This document shows positions 39,407 through 47,470 of a stretch of DNA of 64,000 bases, piece after piece (positions within the stretch are counted from its first letter, which is position 1; every line of letters starts with the position of its first letter). The stretch comes from a candidate division TM6 bacterium GW2011_GWF2_30_66 (GTDB taxonomy: Bacteria; Babelota; Babeliae; Babelales; Vermiphilaceae): the NCBI GenBank assembly GCA_000989195.1, contig LBOA01000001.1, positions 5,312-69,311 of the forward strand, given 5' to 3'. A model generated the notes under the pieces. It did not search any database and was not told where the DNA came from. It saw nothing but the letters and a program-made list of their open reading frames with translations. The translations under genes were made by a program, and so were the position numbers.

Positions 39407-39778
39407 TTATGAAAGCTCAACTACTGCTCCAACTGCCTCTAACTCTGCTTTAATTTTTTTTGCTTCTTCTGTAGGAATTGCTTCACCAATAACTGAAGGC
39501 GCTTCATCAACAGCTTTTTTAGCGTCAGACAAACTTAATTGAGTTACCTTACGTAAAGCTTTTATATTATCTATTTTCTTTTCACCAGCAGATTTTAGAG
39601 TAACTTTATATTCTAATTTTTCTTCGCTTGCAGCAACTTCACCTGCAACTGCTACTGGAGCTGCTGCGAATTGCATTGCGCCAGAAACACCAAACTTTTC
39701 TTCTAAAGCTTTAACAAAATCAGACAACTCTAAAACTGACATTTTTTCTATTTCAACAATCAAATTTTCAAAAGACAT
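39407..39778 (-). CDS. rplL: 50S ribosomal protein L7/L12
   Basis: LSVLELSDFVKALEEKFGVS...KIDNIKALRKVTQLSLSDAKKAVDEAP...AKKIKAELEAVGAVVEL. Confidence 0.95.
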   Translation of the reverse strand: MSFENLIVEIEKMSVLELSDFVKALEEKFGVSGAMQFAAAPVAVAGEVAASEEKLEYKVTLKSAGEKKIDNIKALRKVTQLSLSDAKKAVDEAPSVIGEAIPTEEAKKIKAELEAVGAVVELS

Positions 39779-39876
39779 GATCTTCCCCGTACATAGCTAT
39801 AATAAAAATCAACATATAACCAAATATTAAGTTCAACTAATTTGCAACACTTACACTCTTTTTTATTTTAATTTAC

Positions 39877-40368
39877 TTAAGCTTCTTGTCGCTTATCTGC
39901 AATCATATTTATAACCCTAGCCAAACGCGACACAGGTCCATTTAATGTTGCACACAACATAGCAAGTAAAACTTCTCTCGAAGGCAATGAAGCTATCTGA
40001 ATAATCTTTTGCTTTGGCAAAACTTTAGATTCAAAATATCCAGCAACTAATTCCAAATTTGAATTTTCTTTTGCAAAATCAGACAAAATCTTTGCAACGC
40101 TTGCAACATCATTTTTTGCAAAAACCAAACCAATTTGTTCTTTGAAGTATCCAGAAAGAGCATCAACTCCAGCTTCCCCATCAACAGCACGCTTCATCAA
40201 TCTTGCTTTTGCCACTTTAAAACTACCATCTTTAGCACGCAAATCAGAACGCAACTGATGCAACTTTTTAACGCTTAAGCCCTTATAGACAACCAAAAAC
40301 GAAGCTTGACTTGATAACAAGTCGCCTCTCAATTCATTTACTATAAGCTCTTTTTCTTGGCGATTCAT
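39877..40368 (-). CDS. rplJ: 50S ribosomal protein L10
   Basis: N-terminal MNRQEKELIVNELRGDL...FLVVYKGLSVKKLHQLRSDLR; position between rplA and rplL. Confidence 0.95.
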   Translation of the reverse strand: MNRQEKELIVNELRGDLLSSQASFLVVYKGLSVKKLHQLRSDLRAKDGSFKVAKARLMKRAVDGEAGVDALSGYFKEQIGLVFAKNDVASVAKILSDFAKENSNLELVAGYFESKVLPKQKIIQIASLPSREVLLAMLCATLNGPVSRLARVINMIADKRQEA

Positions 40369-40384
40369 ATATGAAATCTCCTAA

Positions 40385-41080
40385 TTAACGTGAAAAATCA
40401 TCCGGGTTAACAGGAATTCCCAAACCCATACTGGACGATATCGTCATTTTTTTCAAAAATTTACCTTTGGACGAAGAAGGCTTAGAAGAAATTAAGGCCT
40501 TAAGGAAAGAGTTTAAATTTTCTTTTAACTTATCTATTCCGAAAGAAGCTTTTCCAAAAGAAAAATGCACAAGACCACTCTTATCATTTTTATAGAAAGC
40601 CCTACCTCTCTTCAATTCCTCAACAATTTCTGCAACATCAAAAGTAACCGTTCCAGTCTTTTTATTTGGCAATAAACCACGAGGACCCAAAAGCTTAGCC
40701 AATTGGCCAACCATACCCATTAAGTCCGGAGTTGCTACTGCATAATCAAAATCCATCCAGCCACCAATTATTTTATCAACAAGATCCTGCTCGCCTACAG
40801 CATCTGCTCCTGCTTTTAGTGCCTTATCTTGATAATCACCTTTAGCAAAAACAATAACTTTAACAGTTTTGCCGCGCCCATTAGGCAACAAAACAGAACC
40901 TCTAACTGCTTGATCGCCCTGAGTGGGATCGATACCAAGACTTATATGCACATCAACAGTTTCATCAAACTTGGCATAAGACAATTCTTTCATCTTTAAA
41001 AGAGCATTGTCGAAACCCAAAATTTCTTTTTTGTCCAACTTCTGAGAAACTGAGATATACTTTTTACCTCGCTTAGACAT
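40385..41080 (-). CDS. rplA: 50S ribosomal protein L1
   Basis: MSKRGKKY...FDETVDVHISLGIDP...QAVRGSVLLPNGRGK; AGGGGC RBS before the ATG at 41080. Confidence 0.95.
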   Translation of the reverse strand: MSKRGKKYISVSQKLDKKEILGFDNALLKMKELSYAKFDETVDVHISLGIDPTQGDQAVRGSVLLPNGRGKTVKVIVFAKGDYQDKALKAGADAVGEQDLVDKIIGGWMDFDYAVATPDLMGMVGQLAKLLGPRGLLPNKKTGTVTFDVAEIVEELKRGRAFYKNDKSGLVHFSFGKASFGIDKLKENLNSFLKALISSKPSSSKGKFLKKMTISSSMGLGIPVNPDDFSR

Positions 41081-41097
41081 AATTAAAGCCCCTAACA

Positions 41098-41523
41098 TCA
41101 ATCTACAACATCTATACCTATGCTGCGCGCACTTCCAGCAATTATCTTCTTTGCCTGCTCTATATCATGCGCATTCAAGTCAGGCATTTTTATTCTAGCT
41201 ATATCCTCTATATCCTTCCAAGAAATCTTTCCAACTTTGATCTCTTTAGGATTAGAAGAACCCTTAGCAAGATTAATTTTTTTCTTTATTAATTCCGTCG
41301 CAGGAGGAGTCTTTACTGTAAACGCAAACGACTTATCAGTATAAACCAGGATCTCTACAGGAACCGTTTCTCCCTTTCTGCCAGCTGTTTTAGCATTAAA
41401 CTGCTTACAGAAATCCATAATGTTTACGCCTTGCTGACCTAACGAAGAACCGACCGGAGGAGCTGGAGTTGCTGCCCCACCAGGAATTTGAAGTTTAATT
41501 TTAGCTTTTATCTCTTTAGCCAT
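41098..41523 (-). CDS. rplK: 50S ribosomal protein L11
   Basis: [43 protein letters not shown]. Confidence 0.95.
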   Translation of the reverse strand: MAKEIKAKIKLQIPGGAATPAPPVGSSLGQQGVNIMDFCKQFNAKTAGRKGETVPVEILVYTDKSFAFTVKTPPATELIKKKINLAKGSSNPKEIKVGKISWKDIEDIARIKMPDLNAHDIEQAKKIIAGSARSIGIDVVD

Positions 41524-41541
41524 CTTTACACCCAACAAGTA

Positions 41542-42063
41542 CTATTTTTTTACCTGATTAAAACTTAATTCAACAGGCGTCATTCTACCAAAAATACTAA
41601 CCATAACAGTAAGCTTTTCATTTTCACAATCAACTTTGTCAACTACGCCAACAAAACCAGAAAATGGCCCCTCACTGATATCAACTTCAGAACCAACTGA
41701 AAATCCTTCTTTTTCAGAAGAAACAATAACCTCACCTTTCACCTGAGAAACTATCTTTTCAATTTCTTTAGCCGACAAAGGCATAGGGCTTTTTCCACCC
41801 AAAAATTTATAAGCCTTAGGACTATCCAAAACAAGCTTAATTGTTTCTGGATTAATCTCTAGCTCAATTAAAAGATACCCAGGAAAAAGCTGTTGATCCT
41901 TAGCCTCATCCACAGACTCAAAAATACTCTTCATCTTCGCAGAGGGAATTAATATCTCACCAAAAAGATCCCTAAACTCAGAGTTAAAAATATGTTTTTC
42001 TAAATCAGCCTTAACCGAATCTTCATATCCAGCGAAAACCTGAAGAACGTACCAACGTTTCAT
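41542..42063 (-). CDS. nusG: Transcription termination/antitermination factor NusG
   Basis: MKRWYVLQVFAGYEDSVK...PGYLLIE...KOW motif GSEVDISEGPFSGFVGVVDKV. Confidence 0.95.
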   Translation of the reverse strand: MKRWYVLQVFAGYEDSVKADLEKHIFNSEFRDLFGEILIPSAKMKSIFESVDEAKDQQLFPGYLLIELEINPETIKLVLDSPKAYKFLGGKSPMPLSAKEIEKIVSQVKGEVIVSSEKEGFSVGSEVDISEGPFSGFVGVVDKVDCENEKLTVMVSIFGRMTPVELSFNQVKK

Positions 42064-42105
42064 TTAAAATTTGCTCCTAAAGCCTGCCTTAAATCTCTAA
42101 CAAAA

Positions 42106-42300
42106 CTAAGAAACCCACCACTCAATGAGATATTTCATGCCAAAGTCAAAGCCCTTGTCCACAAGACCCAAGTACAATGATAAAACGGTAGTCAAAAAAA
42201 CTACAACTGCTGTAGCCCCCATCCATTCATCATAACTAGGCCAAAGTACCCTAGAAAGCTCTAATCTGACTTCACTAAAAAATTTTCCCACGTCTTTCAT
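42106..42300 (-). CDS. secE: Preprotein translocase subunit SecE
   Basis: KFFSEVRLELSRVLWPS followed by one TM helix; position between tRNA-Trp and nusG. The start is ambiguous (ATG 42300 or TTG 42345). Confidence 0.8.
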   Translation of the reverse strand: MKDVGKFFSEVRLELSRVLWPSYDEWMGATAVVVFLTTVLSLYLGLVDKGFDFGMKYLIEWWVS

Positions 42301-42367
42301 TATTCTACCCACAGAAAATTTATATAATTTAAAATCGGCAAACAAAAACTATTCAATATTAATATAT

Positions 42368-42444
42368 TGGCAGGCCAGGAGGGACTTGAACCCCCAACCA
42401 TCAGATTTGGAGTCTGCTGCTCTACCAATTCGAGCTACTGGCCT
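42368..42444 (-). tRNA. tRNA-Trp (anticodon CCA), CCA end encoded
   Basis: Acceptor AGGCCAG/CTGGCCT, anticodon loop CTCCAAA, T-arm GGGGGTTCAAGTCCCTC. Confidence 0.9.
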
Positions 42445-42457
42445 AAATATATCAAAC

Positions 42458-42616
42458 CTACTTACTTTCCTTATGCTCAATATGCTTTCTACACCTAGAG
42501 CAATACTTTTTCAACTTTAAAGAGCCCACAGACCTTTGGCTGCCTACTACCTGAGTATAATTACGCTCTTTGCATTCTGTGCATGTTAAGTGAGAGATAA
42601 TCCTATTTTTAGCCAT
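42458..42616 (-). CDS. rpmG: 50S ribosomal protein L33 (52 aa, below the ORF-track cutoff)
   Basis: Hand translation gives MAKNRIISHLTCTECKERNYTQVVGSQRSVGSLKLKKYCSRCRKHIEHKESK*. It has the CxxC...CxxC zinc ribbon and the canonical position before tRNA-Trp/secE. Confidence 0.85.
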   Translation of the reverse strand: MAKNRIISHLTCTECKERNYTQVVGSQRSVGSLKLKKYCSRCRKHIEHKESK

Positions 42617-42706
42617 ATAACTCTTCTTCAAAAAAAATTAATTAATAAAACAACTATCTTATATCTGAAATGTGCGCAATTTTGAGCCTGCTACCAGATC
42701 TGAACC

Positions 42707-42745
42707 GTCCTTCGTCAAGCTCGGGATGCTCGTAATCCTTCAACA
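42707..42745 (-). repeat. Diverged palindromic-element half-site about 30 nt downstream of tRNA-Thr(GGT)
   Basis: GTCCTTCGTCAAGCTCGGGATGCTCGTAATCCTTCAAC is nearly identical to the module at 43188-43225 and 43261-43298. It is related to the right arm at 55764-55792. Confidence 0.6.
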
Positions 42746-42776
42746 CATCAAGCTATTCAACAACTATCAAATAACC

Positions 42777-42852
42777 TGGAGCCCGCGACCGGATTTGAAC
42801 CGGTGACCTCTTCCTTACCAAGGAAGTGCTCTGCCAACTGAGCTACGTGGGC
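42777..42852 (-). tRNA. tRNA-Thr (anticodon GGT), CCA encoded
   Basis: Anticodon stem-loop CTTCC-TTGGTAA-GGAAG, T-arm ACCGGTTCAAATCCGGT; one A:C mismatch in the acceptor stem. Confidence 0.88.
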
Positions 42853-43152
42853 GGCAATTACACTCTTTCCTTTCAATAGATTAATTTAAAAAAAGGAAAA
42901 AGACAAATTTATTTTAAAAAATCATTTGCATTAGTGCTCTTTGTATTTTTAGACCTAAGAATAAAAATACAAAAAAATCACCAGAAATTGCGCCTAAAGC
43001 TAAAAAATCTCATTAAGAGCTTAACATTAATTACCCAAAAAATATCTTTATATAATATTAATTAAATTATAGACAAAAAACAAGTATTTTATTATAAAAA
43101 CACCCATTTTACAAGAATAAGACAAGATTTATATATACGGCAAAAAACCAAG

Positions 43153-43334
43153 CTTCGCATATCATCCAAATAAACAAATATGGAGCTGTCCTTCGTCAAG
43201 CTCAGGATGCTCGGAATACCTTCAACTTCGCATATCATTCAAATAAACAAATATGGAGCTGTCCTTCGTCAAGCTCAGGATGCTCGGAATACCTTCAACT
43301 TCGCATATCATTCAAATAAACAAATATGGAGCTG
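43153..43334 (-). repeat. 73-bp tandem repeat, about 2.5 units, abutting and overlapping the 3' end of tRNA-Thr(TGT)
   Basis: Units 43153-43225 and 43226-43298 differ at one base. The partial third unit 43299-43334 runs into the tRNA. Each unit contains TGGAGCTG (the tRNA 3' end including CCA) plus an element half-site. Confidence 0.9.
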
Positions 43335-43402
43335 GCGATCGGACTTGAACCGATGACCTGCTGATTACAAATCAGCTGCTCTACCAACTGAGCTACGCCA
43401 GC
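43327..43402 (-). tRNA. tRNA-Thr (anticodon TGT), CCA encoded
   Basis: Acceptor GCTGGCG/CGCCAGC, anticodon loop TTTGTAA, T-arm ATCGGTTCAAGTCCGAT. Confidence 0.9.
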
Positions 43403-43416
43403 AACAAAACAAAATA

Positions 43417-43492
43417 TGGAGCGGGAAACGGGGCTCGAACCCGCGACCTACAGCTTGGAAGGCTGTCGCTCTACCAATTGAGCTATTCCCGC
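43417..43492 (-). tRNA. tRNA-Gly (anticodon TCC), CCA encoded
   Basis: Acceptor GCGGGAA/TTCCCGC, anticodon loop CTTCCAA, T-arm GCGGGTTCGAGCCCCGT. Confidence 0.9.
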
Positions 43493-43503
43493 ATCGTTAT
43501 TAA

Positions 43504-43588
43504 TGGTGGCGAGAGAAGGATTCGAACCTTCGAAAGCATAGCTAACGGATTTACAGTCCGTCCCCTTTGACCGCTCGGGAATCTCGCC
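43504..43588 (-). tRNA. tRNA-Tyr (anticodon GTA), long variable arm, CCA encoded
   Basis: Acceptor GGCGAGA/TCTCGCC, anticodon loop CTGTAAA, class II variable arm, T-arm GAAGGTTCGAATCCTTC. Confidence 0.9.
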
Positions 43589-43758
43589 TAAATTTGTTTT
43601 TTTAAAATTTCAAAATTATATTTATAAAAATAACACAAAAATAAAATCTATGCCAACATAATATTAAAAAATATATTCGCTATAAAATTCAATTTTTAAT
43701 TTCATAAATTATACTCTATCATATTTTATAAAAATTTATAGAAAAAATTATACAAAAA

Positions 43759-44280
43759 TTAATCAATAATTTCTATACTCAAAACTCTTTTTTCTATATC
43801 ACTATCATAGTCTATTTTAACTTTACACGAACCAGACGGCAATATAGACTCTATAATCTCCGGCCACTCTACAAAAGACGCCCCTTGTGTATCATTCAAA
43901 TATTCATCAAATCCTGCTCCAAAAAAATCATTGAGATTATTTAATCTATACAGATCAAAGTGATAAAACTTTGGATTACGTAAATTTTCATTAGCAACAT
44001 TCAAAGCCGGGTCTAAAGAATTTTCCAAAAAACTTGTATAATAATTCATATAAGTAAAAGTCGGACTCGCGATAGGACCCTGTACGCCACAAGATCTTAA
44101 CAATTCTCTTATAATTGTAGTCTTTCCAGCGCCTAATGGCCCATAGAAAGCGAAAACCTTACACGTTAATAATTTTTGCTTTAAAAACTTAACTATAAAA
44201 CTAATATCGCTTATGCCATAAACAATTTTTTTACTCTCACTTAATATATTATTCACAGATTCACCCTTAAAATCAGTCAT
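43759..44280 (-). CDS. tsaE: tRNA threonylcarbamoyladenosine biosynthesis protein TsaE
   Basis: FYGPLGAGKTTIIREL P-loop, SPTFTYMNYY and YHFDLYRL motifs. The start may be ATG 44280 or TTG 44286. Confidence 0.85.
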   Translation of the reverse strand: MTDFKGESVNNILSESKKIVYGISDISFIVKFLKQKLLTCKVFAFYGPLGAGKTTIIRELLRSCGVQGPIASPTFTYMNYYTSFLENSLDPALNVANENLRNPKFYHFDLYRLNNLNDFFGAGFDEYLNDTQGASFVEWPEIIESILPSGSCKVKIDYDSDIEKRVLSIEIID

Positions 44281-44297
44281 GCGCAACCCAATTTGTT

Positions 44298-44906
44298 CTA
44301 TAATTTATTAATTTTTTTCATTTTTTTCATCTCTTTTTTAGTCAGCTTATTATGCTTAACACCTTTTAGGCCAGAAAAACAGTCGCTAGGCAATTCATCT
44401 TCTAATTTTTTTGGAACAACTTTACTTCCCAGCTGCATCAACTCATCAAGCTCTTTATTTACACTTTCTGAAGTTTTCGTCGCTATAGCAAGTCTATTAG
44501 CTACTTTATCATCAAGATGCTTGCCAAGATTATTTAAGCTTACACTCATAATATAATAAAAATCTTTAGCATCCAACTGCTCAACATTAATACGCGAAGC
44601 ATGCCGACATATATCCCTGTCTGTTGACACCAAAAGTAAATCCAAGGCTTTATGCGCATCTAGATAATCTTTTATATAGTCGTCAGCAGAATCTCTATAA
44701 CCAGAATATATTACAGTTACTCCATACAACAACTCTTTTGTAGGTCTATCAGAGGGGCCACCATCAAAAACAAGCCTAGCCTTATGCCCCTTGATCTTAC
44801 AATATTTACCAAGCTGCGCAATAAAAATATCTCTTTCTTTGTCTGAAACATCATTTTTCATCAGCGCTTGCTTTACAACATTATATCCATCTATTAATAA
44901 AATCAT
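44298..44906 (-). CDS. NYN-domain protein, YacP/Rae1-like
   Basis: MILLIDGYNVVKQ..., RLVFDGG and LLLVSTDRDICRHA fit the YacP-type NYN pattern; basic C-terminal tail. Confidence 0.7.
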   Translation of the reverse strand: MILLIDGYNVVKQALMKNDVSDKERDIFIAQLGKYCKIKGHKARLVFDGGPSDRPTKELLYGVTVIYSGYRDSADDYIKDYLDAHKALDLLLVSTDRDICRHASRINVEQLDAKDFYYIMSVSLNNLGKHLDDKVANRLAIATKTSESVNKELDELMQLGSKVVPKKLEDELPSDCFSGLKGVKHNKLTKKEMKKMKKINKL

Positions 44907-45105
44907 ATTTATTACACTTTTTTTAACATGCTATATAAAAATTAAGTTTTATTTAATATTTAATTTACATAAAAACTTGAAAAACCTAAAGAAACTAAAA
45001 AAAATACAGAATAAATTGCAAAACTAACAACTAAGCATTACATTGTTTTTATATGTTATATATTAAAATACACAATTTTTATGTTTTTAATAAAAGGCTT
45101 AAATA

Positions 45106-45990
45106 ATGGCTCAACTTATTCAAATGCGTCAACGCATAAAAGCAATTGAAACTATAAAAAAAATTACACATGCCATGAGATTAATTTCTATGTCAATGCA
45201 TTCACGCCTAAGAAACAAAACTCCTCTACTTAAAAAGTATAATAAAGAAATAGAGGATTTATTCAAAAAATTGAAATTAGCCGCCCCAAAATGGCAAAAT
45301 AAAATAACTAACCCTAAAGCTACAAAAGAATCTAATCCATTATTCATAATTGTAAGCTCACAGAAGGGCCTTTGTGGAACATTTAACATAAATTTAATTA
45401 AAGAACTTGAAAAAACAACTACTCTACAAGAAATAGAGAATACAAATTTCATATTAGTAGGAAAAAAAGCTGTAGATTATTTTACTGGAAAAAATGTTAA
45501 GTCTATATTAAGACAATTTAATGAAATAAACACTAGAAATTTTACGCAAATCTCAAATGAAATCGTAGATATGATAATCAATTCAAAAACACCATACTCT
45601 AGTGTTAAAATTTTAAGCAATGAACTAAAAACATTTTTCTATCAAAAACCTAGATTAATTCAACTAATACCAATAGATAGCGACCAAGAGAATTTACCAG
45701 AAAATACTTTAGATAATAATAATAATACTGCATTTTCTTCTCAAGATTATTTTTGGAGCCAAAAAGCAGAAGAAATTTTGGATAAACTAGCGCCACAATA
45801 TATAGCTTCTAATGTAAACTCATTTCTTATAGAATCTTTACTAGCAGAACAAGCTGCAAGATTTTTATCTATGGACACAGCAACAAGAAATGCAAAAAAA
45901 TTACTTGAAGAAACAACTTTGCAATACAATAAATTAAGACAGGCAAAAATCACTAAAGAGCTTACCGAACTTGCTACAAATTTCGAGTAG
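45106..45990 (+). CDS. atpG: F-type ATP synthase gamma subunit, not adjacent to any other atp gene
   Basis: MRQRIKAIETIKKITHAMRLISMS..., SSQKGLCGTFNINL and AEQAARFLSMDTATRNAKKLLEETTLQYNKLRQAKITKELTEL. Confidence 0.9.
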   Translation: MAQLIQMRQRIKAIETIKKITHAMRLISMSMHSRLRNKTPLLKKYNKEIEDLFKKLKLAAPKWQNKITNPKATKESNPLFIIVSSQKGLCGTFNINLIKELEKTTTLQEIENTNFILVGKKAVDYFTGKNVKSILRQFNEINTRNFTQISNEIVDMIINSKTPYSSVKILSNELKTFFYQKPRLIQLIPIDSDQENLPENTLDNNNNTAFSSQDYFWSQKAEEILDKLAPQYIASNVNSFLIESLLAEQAARFLSMDTATRNAKKLLEETTLQYNKLRQAKITKELTELATNFE

Positions 45991-46143
45991 CACAAATCAA
46001 AACCTTAAAGTAAATTCTCCTAATAAATCTCAAAAAAACATTGTACAAATCCTTATTTCGTTATATAAGAATAAACAGATACTAAAATTAAAAATTTTTA
46101 AGCAAAATATTTAACATACAAATCAACAAAAAAAGGAAAAACA

Positions 46144-47376
46144 ATGAAACTAAAATTTCTTCTATTTTTTTATGTAATACTATCAACACTTTCACAAATA
46201 AATTTTATAAACGCATCTCCAGCAAAAGATAATCCGCTATTAGTGGTAAATATAATGATTAAAAATGAAGAACCTGTAATAGAAAGCACATTACAACCTT
46301 TTATTGACGCTGGAATAGACCATTTTTTAATTTTTGATACTGGATCAACAGACAGAACAATTGAAATAACAGAAGAATTATTTAAAAAAAATAATATTAA
46401 ACATGCAGTAATTAAACAAGAGCCATTTATTGACTTTGCAACATCAAGAAACAGATGCCTAGAATTAACAGAAGACGCATTTCCAAATGCAGAATTTATG
46501 ATAATGCTTGATGCAGAGTGGTACATGCACGGCATACCAGAGTTACTAAATTTTTGTGAAGCAAAAAAACACGACACATGTCCTTCATATCTTGTAAGAT
46601 TAATCATGAACGAAACACTAGATTTTTATGCTCCAAGACTAATAAAAATGTCTTCTAAATCACGGTTTTATGGAGTTGTTCATGAAACTTTGGATAATAC
46701 AACAAAATCACAGGCTCCAAGCAATTCATATTTTGAAGTAAGAACATCCCGCTTTGGCAGAGAAAAATCAAAGACTCGTTGGTACAGAGATAAAGATTTA
46801 TTAATGAAAGAACATCTAAAAAACCCAACCGACGCTCGTACCGTATTTTATTTGGCCCAAACATATGACTGTCTAGAAGACTTAGAAAATGCTCGATTTT
46901 GGTACGAAAAAAGAATTGAAACACCTGGCTGGTACGAAGAAAATTTTGTGGCTCTTTGTAGGCTTGCTCAAGTTTATGAAAATTTATCTAATAAAGAAAA
47001 AATTAACGGGAATTTAAAAAAATCTGACGAACTATTGGCAAAATCTTTATTATATTATTCAAAAGCTTATTCCAATAGACCTATACGCGTAGAACCTCTA
47101 ATAAAATTAGCTCAATATTATTTATTCTCCGGCGAAAAAGAACTTTGCTATTTATATGCAAAAAGAGCATGCGAAATACCATACCCAGAGACAGATATTT
47201 TATTTGTTGAAAAAAATCTATACGATTTCACTCGCTGGGATTTACTTGGAATATCTGCTTGGTATGTTGGCGAATATGCAATTGGAAAAGCCGCTATTAT
47301 AAAGGCAATGGAAGCTTGCCCAAACATGCCACATCTACAACAAAATTTGGCTTGCTACAATAACATAATAATTTAA
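46144..47376 (+). CDS. Secreted family-2 glycosyltransferase domain fused to TPR-like repeats
   Basis: Signal peptide; VVNIMIKNEEPVIESTLQPFIDAGIDHFLIFDTGSTDRT...MLDAEW (GT2 pattern); C-terminal helical repeats (FYLAQTYDCLEDLENARFWYEKRI). Confidence 0.7.
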   Translation: MKLKFLLFFYVILSTLSQINFINASPAKDNPLLVVNIMIKNEEPVIESTLQPFIDAGIDHFLIFDTGSTDRTIEITEELFKKNNIKHAVIKQEPFIDFATSRNRCLELTEDAFPNAEFMIMLDAEWYMHGIPELLNFCEAKKHDTCPSYLVRLIMNETLDFYAPRLIKMSSKSRFYGVVHETLDNTTKSQAPSNSYFEVRTSRFGREKSKTRWYRDKDLLMKEHLKNPTDARTVFYLAQTYDCLEDLENARFWYEKRIETPGWYEENFVALCRLAQVYENLSNKEKINGNLKKSDELLAKSLLYYSKAYSNRPIRVEPLIKLAQYYLFSGEKELCYLYAKRACEIPYPETDILFVEKNLYDFTRWDLLGISAWYVGEYAIGKAAIIKAMEACPNMPHLQQNLACYNNIII

Positions 47377-47400
47377 TAATTAATCAATACAAATAACAAA

Positions 47401-47440
47401 ATAGCAGGATTTTTGTACTAAAAAACAAAAATCCTGCTAT
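47401..47440. terminator. Bidirectional hairpin terminator between convergent genes
   Basis: 16-bp perfect stem ATAGCAGGATTTTTGT / ACAAAAATCCTGCTAT. Confidence 0.7.
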
Positions 47441-47470
47441 TAAATTTTAAACTATAAAACTTTTTAACAA

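Noticed and set aside
43153-43334. The tandem repeat considered as a CRISPR array
   Set aside because: The units are 73 bp and directly abutting, with no unique spacers, and no cas genes are present. It is a simple tandem duplication.
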